A stretch of DNA of 64,000 nt. Origin: the human T2T-CHM13v2.0 reference genome, Homo sapiens. Position numbers and translations under genes: made by a program. Location: assembly GCF_009914755.1 (NCBI RefSeq), contig NC_060926.1; one strand, 5' to 3'. Shown here in pieces: positions 39,773 to 54,574 of the stretch (position 1 is the stretch's first letter; each line of letters starts with the position of its first letter). Under the pieces are notes generated by a model. The model ran no database searches, had not been told where the DNA came from, and was given only the letters and a program-made list of their open reading frames with translations.

Positions 39773-40077
39773 CTCCAGTACATCCTGGACAGATGATGCA
39801 TTGGTGCCAGGTGAAGGTGGGGTGACTGACCATCCCAGTGTGCCCAGGCCTGAGGGATCTCTTGGGCTGCAGGACATTCAATCCTAAAACCAGGACTATC
39901 TTGGGCAAACTAGGATGGCTGGTCATCCAGGGAAGGTAAGGGGCCAGCATGAAGATAGCAGTGTGACATTTAGTCATAATTACACCAAAATGGGACTTTC
40001 TTTCTCTATAATTGATCTTAACTTAGCTCATGAATCCCTACTTCTGCTTATGGTGGAAAAATTCAGTTTTTTCCAGC

Positions 40078-40760
<683 letters not shown>

Positions 40761-42269
40761 CCATCTCAGGGTCACTCAGGTCCTCTCAGTCCTACATATG
40801 GTTACTTAAGGGTTTGAAAGAGCTCAAGATTCTTTGCCTTTCTTCTTTTCCTCTCTTCTCTCATTGCTGCCCACAATTGGAGCTGCTTAGTGATATGGAC
40901 CTGGTCACTGCACCTTGTGCTGTTGATTTCTGTGTGTCCTGCATGGGCCCTGCATGGGTCCGTGGGGCACGTGCTTTGTAGGAATAGCCCAGGAACTTTC
41001 CAAAACCCTTCTGTAGCTTGCTGGGGTGATTTGAACCTTGAGACTTCCCTCAAGCCCATCTTCCCAGGTATCCCTCCCTCCCCTACCCACTGCCAACCCC
41101 CTTGTTGCCCATCCACAGGCTCCATCGTGGAGTGGGCTTCAATCCAAGGTTTACAGTCTCTGGCTGGAGCCTGGAAATCAACACAATTTCCTCGTTTTCT
41201 CATGCCCCCTACTCCCTAACTTCCATTTCTGCCCCAACCCTAGTCATCTTCCCTCAGTGTTCATTGTGTTATGTGCTGGTTCAAACGTGTACTTCCCTTG
41301 AACAGGAACTCTCTGGTTTATGGCATAACGTTATGCTCCAGGCTCTTGATATATAAGGATATGTTCTAGAGTTCCAACAAATAAAAGCAAAAATAAAACC
41401 AAAATTCTTCTCTCTCAAGTGGCAGACTTAAAAGTCAAGGTTTTTAAGATTCACATTTTGAAAAATCAGCTTGGTGACTATGCTGGTTTCTCGACTCCAT
41501 CCTGTGCTTGCCCTCCTGTCAGGGCAGTGCCCGGCGAATGCAACCTGCTGCCTTAGTGTGGGGGCAGAAGGCATAGGGGAGGATGGAGGAGAGAGTCGGC
41601 TCTGGAGTGAGGTTTGAAGGCTTACTGGAGATGTGTGACCGGAGATTGACTTTAAAGGGCAAACTTTGGCTAAGGGGGTGCGGGGGCTGGAAACCCCTTC
41701 CACAGAAGAAACCTGGCAAGAATCAAAGCACAAAGTTGGCTGCGCCTGGTGTCAGCCCCTGATAAGCAGCCTGACTGCAGGGGAGGACGTGGCTACAGGG
41801 CAGATAAGATGTAAGGGTGGCTGAGGAGGTCCCTGGGCAGTTTATCTCATACCTCCCACTGGCTTCTGCGAGCCCAGGTGGGTGCCAAGGTTAGCCACCT
41901 CCCCCAAACCTGCTCTCCTATTCGCAGCACAACCCTCCTGGACAAAGCGTTTTTCCTCAGCCTTCACCACCCATGGAGGAGGTGTGATTACCTCTATTCA
42001 CAGAAAGGAGACTGGGACCCAACCAAGGCAAGTCATTTGCTTCAGACCACAGAGCAAAGAATCATTCTGTCATTCCAGAAATATTTGTCAGGCGCCCCTG
42101 GTGTGTCAGGTAGGTGCACCTTGAACATTTGTTTAATTTGTACTTAATAACATTTTCAAGAGGACATTACCTCCTTAAGTGAAAAATCTGTGAGGAGTTT
42201 TCTATCTTTCTAAGTCTTTGTGGCACACTTATCACATGCATAGTACTATTTCTCAAGTTACCCAGGCAC

Positions 42270-42308
42270 ACACAGATGTATGGCTTTCAGGAAGCCATAC
42301 ATCTGTGT
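42270..42308. repeat. Perfect 17-bp inverted repeat with 5-nt spacer
   Basis: ACACAGATGTATGGCTT-tcagg-AAGCCATACATCTGTGT. Confidence 0.95.
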
Positions 42309-42420
42309 AGCTCTGAGGCCCAGCCTTGTTCAACACTTCACTCAGAAGAATTGCTGGCCTGATGACCAACAATAATTGTCAACAACTTAAAACTTCATTG
42401 ACGGCTCCTAAAAAAAATCA

Positions 42421-42484
42421 GTGTGCATGTGTGTGTGTATGTGTGTGTGCGTGTGTGTGTGTGTGTGTGTATGAGTGTGTGTAT
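42421..42484. repeat. (TG)n / alternating purine-pyrimidine tract
   Basis: Uninterrupted RY alternation 42421-42473. Confidence 0.95.
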
Positions 42485-42599
42485 AACATTCATTACTGCA
42501 AACTGGAATGGAGTGGGGCTGGAAGGCAGCCCAGAAGCAAGGCTCAGAGCCTGGAGCTGCTGACCTCTTGGGGACACTGCAGCCCTGGCCTGGCCTACT

Positions 42600-42686
42600 T
42601 TTCTCTTCTCCCATATCTGGAAAATGAAAGTAGCCTGACGTATCCGGGGACCCGGCCCAAGACTCCACCCATTGGCAGCTCTTCAC
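42600..42686 (+). promoter_or_regulatory. IL1R1: Candidate IL1R1 distal promoter
   Basis: ISRE-like GAAAATGAAAGT 42620-42631, CRE half-site TGACG 42636-42640, reverse CCAAT 42671-42675, directly upstream of the candidate first exon. Confidence 0.5.
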
Positions 42687-42828
42687 TTGTATCTTTTCAT
42701 ATCAAAAATGGGAGGTGACACCCAGTTTAAGGAAAATTCCAAGGCATTTGTCTCGACTAATGTGAAAGATGATTACAGTGGCCAGAGGACTGCCAAGGCT
42801 CCTTCTCAAGCTGCTTGAGTCAATGAGG
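42687..42828 (+). other. IL1R1: Probable IL1R1 alternative non-coding first exon (start approximate)
   Basis: Strong donor AGG|GTAAGG at 42828/42829 in unique sequence. IL1R1 is the next same-strand gene after IL1R2, and the ~42 kb spacing matches my recollection of its distal TSS. Confidence 0.62.
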
Positions 42829-43809
42829 GTAAGGTTTTAAAGGGCCCGCCCTGGCTTCCTTGGGCCTGTAGTTTGTGACTGTGTCGTTTTCAGAGTGGGA
42901 AGGCCCAGAGTTGGCCCCATGGAATTCTTTCTGCTTCTAGGGTGTTTGAAGAGATAGAAAGCCAGGGTAAGGTTCACCGAACCTCCAAGCAAAAATAAAT
43001 TTCCAGAAGGGGCCCCTTTACTCTGAGGACATTGAATAGCAACAAAAACTACCACTGAAGAGTCATTTTGTCCCAGGCCCTGTGCTGGAAACTTTGAACA
43101 CCTGTGTTCACCCCTCCCTCATGACACTCATGAAGATATACCATGGCTGTCTTTATTTTCTAGGTGGGAATCTCAGGCTTGAGGGTTGGGGTGGCTTGGG
43201 GAAGGTGTGTATCTAAGAGGTAGCTCTTATTTATTTTTACTTCTAGAGATTAAGACACATTCTTTTTCAAGATAGACATGGAACTGTCAAAAAGGATTAA
43301 AAGTTAAATAAGGATAAGGTTATGTAAATTGATCTTATGTAAAAAAAAACACTAAGATATTTGAAGACTAGGCATCATTATGTGTTATATCATGATTTTT
43401 AAAATGATGCTACCAAGAGTACTTCAGAGGTCCAAAGCTGAAATATATTTGTATACTTATATATATAAAGTAAGGGATACTTATTTAAAACCTCAAAAAA
43501 TCAGAAGTATGTAAAGGAAGAAATAAAAGCTCCCTCTTCCCTTCTGATTCTAATTTATATCAAATTTATATCTCTATCTGTAGCTCAATTTGCCTTTTTA
43601 ACTAAATAGGGTGATATCACACATATCATTCCTTAACACTTTTCTCTCTTAACGACTTCTAATGGACATCTATTTGTGGCACTGTATATAGGGCATACTT
43701 TCTTGAAAAATCCATTGCATGGTATTTTATTCTTGAATAAATCACTTGCATGGCATTTTATTGTAAGATTGTGTCATAATGTATTTATTCAGTTCCCTGG
43801 TGATGGCTT

Positions 43810-44225
43810 TATCATGTGGCTTTTGGCTGAAAGTATCAGAAAGTGGCCCAAACTGGCTTACATAAATTTACCATCTCATGTAACTGAAGTTCAAAGAAAG
43901 AGTGGCTTCTGAGTGGGTTCCATACTACTAGCATAATATTTGGCATTTCCCTGTATGTCCCCTCCTCTGTGTGTTGGTTTTGTTTGAAGATTCTTTCCCT
44001 TTATGGTGGCAAAATGGTTTTTGTAGTGGCACCAGGCTTTACAACCTCTTGTGAGGGAAGAGGGAGAAATGCCATGCCTTAATGTGCCAAGAAGGAGGTG
44101 TGAGATCCACCCTGGTTGAACCCCATGGTGCCGGTGTCCTCTCCTAGACCAGTGGCTGCCAAGGGCCATCTTCCGAGGAAGCACCTGGACTATACATCCT
44201 CCACAATGGGCCCTTAGAATTGGTC
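43810..44225. mobile_element. Old MaLR LTR (MLT1J/K-like)
   Basis: Degenerate ctttttggctgaaagtatcagaaa...aactggctta...tctcatgtaactgaagttca. Confidence 0.5.
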
Positions 44226-44269
44226 CATATTTTTCAAAATTGCAAATAATGTGTAAAATCATTGTACTT

Positions 44270-44709
<440 letters not shown>

Positions 44710-46449
44710 TTAATAGTTTACACTTGTAATAGATGTACCTGGTTTCTTATACCTCACTTACTGGAATATTAGAAATCGTTTAGTCTCTACCAAAACATGG
44801 CATTTTTCTATTATCTTAATTCACATTTCTTTGGTTATTAGTAATCTTGAACATGTTTTTCACGTCTATTGGCTTTTTGCTTTTTGCTTATTGCTTTTTG
44901 CTTCTTTCTTTTTTCTTCTGTGGACTGTTTATTCATGTCTTTTGCAGTATTCTCTCTTGGATTTGTGAGAATTGTTTATTTATTATAAACATTAAACCTT
45001 GATTGGTAATACATGTTGCAAATATTTTTCCCTAAGTTTTCATTGATTTGCCAAACTTAGTTTTTTTTTCCAAGTTGTCTTTTCTATGCAAAAGTTTTCG
45101 CTTTTTTGTAGGTGAAACTATGAGAAATTTTCCTTTACCATTTCCGAGTTTAATGTCATGCTAAGTCCTTCCTGTCTTGGGAAGATGTGTTCACAGCCCA
45201 CTGACTGAAGGCCCTTCCCGGCCAGTTCTGAGCTTGAGCTGAGTCAAATGTAAACAGCTCCTGGGGCTGTGGGTATAGAAACTCCCTTTCTCTTTGGGTC
45301 TGGAATACCATGATGCCTTTTCCCTGTCCTCATTTTTCTTAAATGTTTTCATTTAATCCAGGCATTATGTACTGGGGGATCAACTATTCGCAAAACTCAG
45401 TAAAAGGCGGATTCCCAAGGCTCCACTTTGGATGCAGTAGGTCTGGGGCCAAAGCATGTGAGAAAAAAAGTGTCAGCATTTATTCATTCCACAGCTATTT
45501 CATGAGGGTTCAGGGCATCATTCTGGGGACCACGGATACAATACGGTGAACATCATAGACAAGGTTCTTATTCTCATGTAGCCTAAATTCTACTGGGGGA
45601 GATGGATAATAGGTGAACAAATAAACAAACAAACTCATCTGGCACCAAAAAGTCCACTAGGCAAAGTGCTGACTGTGAAGAAAAGCTGGGGTGGAAAGAG
45701 AGGCCATGGCCCCTGCAAAATGGAATAGGAACAAAGATTTAATCATTTGCCTCTGAAAAATCTCAGTGATGAGTTCCTTCCCTCCCTTCCCTCAACCTCC
45801 AGTGTAGAGGAGACTGATGATGATTGACAGGGAAGCACTGGTGGCTTCTCAGAAGTCCATGTGCCTCTTCCACTGCCTTAGTCACCCCTTACTCTGCATT
45901 TTCACAGAATCTCAGTGAAATTGCTTAAACCTCTGAGTACCTGAGAGATACTCAGGGCTCTTTCTTGGATGCCAAATAGATAAAATATTGACTCTTAAAC
46001 ATATGTCTGAATTCCTCTTGCCTTTCCAAGGTAGGAGACCATACCATACTCATTTGACAGCACCATTTACGGTCAACAAATCTCTAAGCTCAAAGAAGAG
46101 AAGAGGCAAAAAGCAACCCTACCTTATGCAATTAAAAAAAAATCTCCCTTTATAGAGTTTCATTGACCCTTTCTTAAAACCCCCTAAAATGGACGTCAAC
46201 AATGCCCCTCTTTTATGATGAGAGGATGGAGGAGCAAACAGGTCGAGGGACTTATTCCAATCGAACGTCTCAGTAGCTCAGTCCCAAGGAGCTCTGCCCC
46301 AGTAGTGCCACTTCAAGTCCCATGTTCTTTTCATCTTGTGAGTGATGAGCAGCACGTGGTCTCTAGGTTTGCAATATAATTTAGGATTTACTCCTTGGGT
46401 TTAGTTTTGGTAACTCTCAAAGAAGTTCAAATATTAAGAATTTTGCTAG

Positions 46450-46972
46450 CTGTTTTAGTAATCTATTGCTGTGTAACTACCTCTTCCCCTACCCCCAGTC
46501 CAGAAAACAACAACCATCTTCTCTTTTCTCGTGGTTCTGTGGGCAGTTCTGCTCCACATGACGTGGTCTGGGGCTGCAGTCCTGTGGATGCTTCTTTGGG
46601 CTGGTGAGGTTCCATATGGTGCTTTCACACGTCTGGTGCTTTGGTGAGACAGTGGGGAGGCTGGGCTCAGATGGCAAGCTGTGATGACTGGGCCTATCTG
46701 CCCATGTCATCTCTGGGCCTCTCCATATGGTCTTTCTGCATTCTCTCCAGCCGGGTGGCCTATTCCTTACATGGTAGTTTGGGGCTCCTAAAAGTGCAGA
46801 CATGGAAGCTGTTCAACCTTTGTGAGATGCTGCCCCAGAGCTAGCCTAACATCCCTTCCTCTGCCCTCTATGGGTAAAGCAGAAGCACCAAATTCAAGCT
46901 GGGAGGAAAACAAACTTCCTCTTTCAAAGGCGAAAGTGACAAAGAATTTGCAGGCCGTTTAAATCCACCACA
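46450..46972 (-). mobile_element. MLT1 (G/H-like) MaLR LTR
   Basis: tgttttagtaatctattgctgtgtaac...aaagaatttgcaggccgtttaaatccaccaca. Confidence 0.7.
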
Positions 46973-48406
46973 TTGTCCAGTCAGGAGCACCCATTTTCTC
47001 ATTGACCTTCTGCTAAGTGAAGAGGTAGAAGGAATTTTCACAATGGCTTTTAGAAAAGTAAAACAATACAGGAAGGGATTTTGCTGTCATTTAAAACATG
47101 GTCTGCTCCAGATGGAGGATTTGGTGATTTTTATTTTCTTCTTTACTAAACATTTCTGCATTTCATGAAGTTTTTCAGTGCATCATTTTTATTATCAGAA
47201 AAACAATGACATTTTATTAAATATATATATATTTAACTCATTAATTATCTAACTCATTGAATATATATTTTCATTCTATATGTATATATATGTGTGTTTA
47301 CATATAAACGTGTGTTATGCGTATTCTTTATACATTTTTCTCTTGTTTTTTGAGTTGGACCTTGGCAAAGTCAGTGGTGACACCTGGATTACCTTGTGTT
47401 AACTTTAATCAGTTATGTGACATCCATGGGATTGGCAAGTAAAACAAGTTATTGGTAGTGGGAGTTTGAATAGATGGCTTCTAAACACCCTCCCAGACAC
47501 TGTACCTTCAACTCTCTGATCTCATCCAATCCAGACCAACACTTCTTTACTAAGTTTCTCTGTTAATCAGTTTGCACAGGAAAATGTTTCCATTCAACAC
47601 ATATGTATGATGAGCATGTTGTGACACTGGCTCTGTGTAGACATAGTGGGCACTGAGGAAATCTGGGGATCCTGCCATTAGGAGCTTGTGAGCTGGCGGG
47701 GAGCTATGGTGATGCACAAAATTATAACACATGCTAAAAGAACACAGTTAAAAGAGAAATAAAATTTAAATGTTAAAGAGGTGATTACCAGTTATTTGAA
47801 AAAAAAATTCACCTCTTTCCAAGGAGATTAGATTTCTACTTTTAGAATTCTTCATACAAATACACATATTTTGAGTTCTTGATCTCAGAACCCCATTGCA
47901 TATATTGCATGCAACTGGTTTGCAAGTTTTTGGTACACACCCACCCCACACATACCTGATTGCCTACTGCACTTCCTAGAAATGTCGAGGAAGCCTAGAT
48001 GACAGAAGTTAATTTCTTCCCAGGGAATGTAAAGCATATCTTGGCAGATAAGAACGAAAATACAGGTTAAAGACAGAAGATTTCACTGGGAGTGGCTATG
48101 AGGAGCCATTTAAATTTCTAGCAGCAAATGGGTGGCACAATTGGCTTTAAGATGATCAATCTATTGGCAGTGTATCATAGAGCTTCCCAACTTATCTGTG
48201 CCAGGGAGGGATCAACAGTGCACACCTGAAACTTATTACAGACTAATTTCAAGTGATATTGTACTGCTTCAGGTATGATATAAGAACTTTATAACGCTTT
48301 CATTTCTCCCTTCCTGGTCTTTGTGTTATTATTGCTGCACATTTTCCTTCTACATATGTTATGAGACCCACAATACATTTTTAATTTTGCTTCAGTTATG
48401 TTTTGA

Positions 48407-48722
<316 letters not shown>

Positions 48723-49347
48723 ATGTTTCCATTTGGTATAATTTTCTTTTTATCTGGAGGGCTTCCTTCAACATTTCTTATAGTGCAGGTCTGCTGGTAA
48801 CAAATTATTTCAGTTTATAGATGTCTGAAAATGACTTCATTTTATCTTCATTTCTGAAAGACATTTTTGCTGCATAAATTTTTATAGGTCTAGAATTATT
48901 TCTTTTAGCCCTTTAAAGATATTGATCTAGGGTCTTTTGGCTTGCATTGTTTCTAATGAGAAATCTGCTGTCATTCTTTTTTCTTTTTTTTGCTCTTCTT
49001 TGGCAGCTTTTAAGATTTTCTCTTTAGCAGGTATTGTAAGCATTTGATTATGATGTACCTTAGTGTAGTTGTCTTCATATTTTTTGTATTAGGGCTTGTT
49101 GCCCTTCTTGGATCTGTGGGTTTACAGTTACTGTATTTGGGGGGTTTGTAGCCATTATTTATTCAAATTTTTTTTCTATTAATTCCTCTCTCATAATCCC
49201 CCCTTGAGGGACTTCCATTACACATATATTTGGATATTTTACATTGTTCTACAATTCATTAATGCTCTGCTCATTTTTTCAATCTTCTTTTCTCACCGCT
49301 TAATTTTGGGTAGTTTCTATTGCCATGTCTTGAAATTTACTAATTTT

Positions 49348-49704
<357 letters not shown>

Positions 49705-50009
49705 TAATACAATCTAATGTGTTTTCTCAAATCTAAGATACAGCTGATTTTATCTCAATTAGTTATTTTACCTTAAAAAAATCTCTTTTGTGTCTCTGTT
49801 CAACATGCTTGATCTTTCCTCTAGCATCTTGGCCTTATAGAATAGTCATAATAAATGTTTTCATGTCCTTGCTTGTTAATTCTTGCTCTGTGTTAGTTCT
49901 GCATCAGTTTTGATTGATTCATTTTTCTCCTCCTGTTGGTTATATTTTCCTGCTTCTTTGCATGCATGGTAATTTTTTATTGGATCGTAGGCATTGTGAG
50001 TTTGACATT

Positions 50010-50854
50010 CAGGTTAGACCTAACATATACAGAACACTCCACACAAGAACAGTGAAATACACATTTTTATCCACTGCATGTGGACTATTTTCCAGGGTTG
50101 ACCATATGTGAAGACATAAAACAATGCTTAGTACACTAAAAAAAGAGAGAAATCATACAAAGTATATTCTCTGATCACAACGAAATGAAATTAGAAATCA
50201 ATAAAAGAAGAAAATTTAGGAAAGTCACAAATATGTGAAAATTAAACAATATACTCTTAAATATCAAATGGGTCAAAGAAGAAATTAAAAGAGAAATTAA
50301 AAATACTGTAAGATTAAAGAAAATGAAAGCACAATACACCAAGCTTATGGGATGCAGCTAAAGCTATACATAGAGAAAAAATTAAAGAAATAAATGAGTA
50401 TATTACAAAAAAGGATCTTAAATGACTTATCATTCCACTCTAATAAACTAAAAAAGAAGAGAATACTAAATGCCAAATATCAGAAGGAAGTTCATAATTA
50501 AGATCAGAGTAGAAATAGATAAAATGGGGAATAGAAAAAAATAGAGAAAATCAACAAACCAAATGTAGGTTATCTTCTCTGAAAAGATAAACAAAACTGG
50601 CAAAGCATTCACTGGACTGATCAAAAATTGAAAGATGACTCAAATAACTAAAATCAGGAATTAAAGAGGGGACCTTACAGAAATAAGAGGGATTATAAGG
50701 GAATACTACGAAAAAATTATATGCCAACTAATTAAAAAGCCTAGTTGAAAGGCACAAATTCCTAGAAAGACACAACTGAAACTGGATCAAGAAGAAATAG
50801 ATAATCTGAATGGGACTATAATAAATAAAGACACTGAATTAGCAGTCAAAAAAC

Positions 50855-50893
<39 letters not shown>

Positions 50894-53535
50894 GAAAAAA
50901 AAAAGGAAAAAAGCCCATGCCCAGATGGTTTCACTGGTGAATTCCACCAAACATTTAAAAGAGATGAGCAGCAATCCTTCAGAAAACTATTTCAAAAAGT
51001 TGAAAAGGAAGGGACACTTGCGAATTCATCCTAGAAAGTCAGTATTACCCCGGTACCAACACCAGATGAAAACATCATATGAAAAGTAAAATAAAGACCA
51101 ATATCCCTGATGAATACAGACATACAAATCCTCAGCAAAACACTGGACATGAAATAGAGCAGCTATAAAAGAATCATATGCCATGACCAAGTGGGATTTA
51201 TCCTAAGAATGCAACATTATTTCAACATCCAAAAATCAATCAATGTAATGCAACATATTAATAGAATAAAGGATGGAATTGCATAATCATCTCAATAGAT
51301 GCAGACAAAATGTCTGATAAAATCTGACACCCTTTCAAGATTAAAAACAACAACAACAACAACAACAAACCAACAAAAATCAGCAGAGTAGTAATAGAAG
51401 AGGACTTTCTTAACCTGATAATGGGCATCCAAAAAACCCCACAGCTAACATTATACTTAATGATCAAAGACCAGTAGCTTTCCCTCTGTGATCAGGAAGA
51501 AGAGAAGGATGTTTAATCCTACCACTTCTATTCAACATTGTACTAAGAATGCTAGCTAGGGAAATTTGGCAAGAAGAAATAAAATTCATATTGGAAAAAA
51601 CCAGCTCTATTCTCAAATGACCTGGTCTTGTATATAGAACATTCTAAGGAATCCACTAAAAACTATTAGACTACTAAACAAGCTCAGTAAGTTTGCAAGA
51701 TACAAAATCAATATATGAAAATTAATTGTATTTTTATATATTAGCAATGAAAAATTTGAAAATGAAATTAAGAAAACAATTCTACTTACAATAGCTTCAA
51801 AAAGAATAAAATAGCATAAACTTAAGAAAAGAAGTATAAGACTTGTACACTAAAAGTATAAAATATTATTGAAAGTAATTTTAAAATCGCTCAATTAATT
51901 GAAAGACATCCCATGTTCATGAATCAGAAGACTTAACTTTTTTAAAGATGGCAGTACTCCCCAAATGTATCCCAGATTTATCACAATCCTTATGAATATC
52001 CAAATTGCCTTTATTGCAGAAATTGAGAAACTGCTCATAAAATACACAAGGAAATGCAAAGGATGGAGAATATCCAAAACAATCTTGAAAAATAACAAAG
52101 TCAATGACTTACACTCCCATTTTAAAACTTACTACAAAGCAACGGTATCCAAGACAGTAGGATGTTCTCAGAGTATAAATATAAAAATCAATAAAAATAG
52201 AATTAAGAATTCAGAAATATGCCCTTACGTTTATGGTCAATTGGTTCCAAGAAAGATGCCAGCAATTCAGTGGGGGAAAGAATAATCTTCTTAATAAAAG
52301 GTGATGGGACATCTGGATATCCACATGTGAAGAAAAAATTTGCATCTCTATCTCATACTGTACACAAAAATTTACTCAAAAAGCAATCATAGAACTAAAC
52401 GTATGATCTAGAACTGCAAAACTCTTAGAAGGAAATATAAATATAAATCTTTGTGACCTTGAATTGGGCAATGCTTCCTTAAGTATACAGCGCCAGAGCA
52501 CAAGCAACAACAAAATAGATAATTGCACTTCACCAAAATTAAATCCTTTCATGTTTTAAAGTACTCTCTTAAGAAAGTGAAAATATAGCTCATGGAGTGG
52601 GATAAAATATTGGCAAATTATCTGATAATGAACTTGTATCCATAATATGCACAAATCTCTGATAAATTAACAATAAAAAGACAACCCAATTAAAAAGTGA
52701 GCAAAAGATTTGAATGGACATTTCGCTGAAGAAGATAGATAAAGGGTTGCTAAGCACATTAAAAGATGCTCGACATTACTGGTCATTAGCAAACGCAAAG
52801 CAAAACATACTAAGATGCCATCCACTAGAATGACGGGATGAAAGAGGCCAGAAATAATAAATGTTAGTGAGGACATAGAGAAACTGGTACACTCATTTAT
52901 TACTGGAAGGAATGTAAGATGGTACAGCTACTTTTAAAATAGTTTGTGGTTCTTTGAAATGTTCAACATAGAGTTGCCATATGACTCAGCAATTCCACTC
53001 CTAGGTATCTATGTGACATAATTAACAACACAAAAATCTGTACACCAATTTTCATAGCAACATTATTCAAAATAGCCAAAACATAGAAACAACCCAAATG
53101 TCCATTAATGGATGAATGGATTAACAATATGCAGTATATCCAAACAACGGAATATTATTCAGCCATGGAAAGGAGTGAAGTACTACCTATACACAGTACA
53201 ACATAGAGGAACCTTGAAAGCATTATGCTAAGTGAGAGGAGCTAGTTACAGAAGCCCACACATTGTATAATTCCATTTATATGGAATGCTTAGAATAAGC
53301 AAATTTATAGAATCAGAAAGTAGTATATAGATTGCCAGGGGCTAGAAGAAAGGGGAACGAAGAGTGATTGCTAATGAGTATGAAGTTTCTTTTGGGGGTG
53401 ATGAAAATGCTCTGAAATTGGATAGTGGTGATGGGTGCGCAACTCTATGAATATACTGAAACCCTTTGAATTGTACACTTTTAAAAGGGTAATTTTATGC
53501 TGTGTGAATGACATCTCAATAAAATTCTCATTAAA
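50010..53535 (+). mobile_element. L1MB7/8-like LINE-1, degraded ORF2 (EN to C-terminus) and 3'UTR
   Basis: A-rich ORF2 remnants (e.g. HFKTYYKATVSKTVG) and L1MB 3'UTR ending ...gacatctcaataaaa. Contains (CA)n at 50857-50892 and (CAA)n at ~51346-51370. Confidence 0.88.
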
Positions 53536-54495
53536 ATAAGAATATATGAGAGTATCTATTTCTAACTGTAGAGATTTTTGCAAATCCTGCAGAAATATGC
53601 TGAATTAGTTACAACCAGCTAAGGGAGCCTGGGATGGAAGAGTTTGAACCACACCCAATGGCCTGCATCTGGTGCTCTCCCAAGATCCATGGAAATAATC
53701 TTCCAACCTGCAATGTACCAGGGCATCTACCAGCCTGGCTCCACGGTGGTTTCAGGCATTGCTCTACAAATGATCAAGTTTTCATTCTAGAGTACGAATG
53801 AGGATTGAGTTAGACTAACTGTACAAGGGACAGGAAATAACAGCTCCTTCCCTGTCCTGGGGTCAGTGGTTTGAAAAGCACCCCATCTATCAGTGAATAT
53901 CCAGCTTCCTGACAAAGAAAAGGGCTAGGGGATTTGCCCCCACCCTGTTTAGAAGGCGAAGGCGAATTAGGCCTGAATGGCGACTTGATTCTCATCTGAA
54001 TATCAGAGAAACACATGTGTTGCAGGCTACACTGGAAGTCCTAATGGCTTCAGTTTGATAGTGGATTTGGGCTTAATGGTTGAGCAACTCCAGTGGCTTC
54101 CTCTCTTGATTACGTTGGTGGCTGTGAGATGAACTACCCAGTCATCAGTCATCATTATCAATGGCCCATTTGCCTGGGATGCTTTGGAAGAATGAAAGAG
54201 AGTAAAGGCAGTTCTACTTTTAAAGAAGTTAAAACATGGGCTACAGAGCATTTTCGTTTATTGTTTATCAAATGTTAGCCTGCCTCAGAATACCTGGAGG
54301 GCACAGATTCCTAGGTCCCACCTCTGGAGCTGCTAAGTCAGTTGATGTGGGCAAATAACCTAACACCTTGGCATTCACTTCCAGGTTTTCTTCATTTCCT
54401 CGTCCTCCCTTTCCTTCTTCAAATGTTCTCCTGTTCCTTCTTGGCTTTATAACTATCTTTGTCTCTGCTTCCCTTCCTATACATTGCCTTAATTA

Positions 54496-54574
54496 ATCCT
54501 TTAATTTAGATTAAATTAAAGGATAAATATAAATTAAAGGATAAATTAAAGGATAAATCTAATCCTTTAATTTA
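54496..54574. repeat. Five copies of a 13-mer in mixed orientation
   Basis: ATCCTTTAATTTA at 54496 and 54562. Its reverse complement TAAATTAAAGGAT at 54512, 54530 and 54542. Confidence 0.9.
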
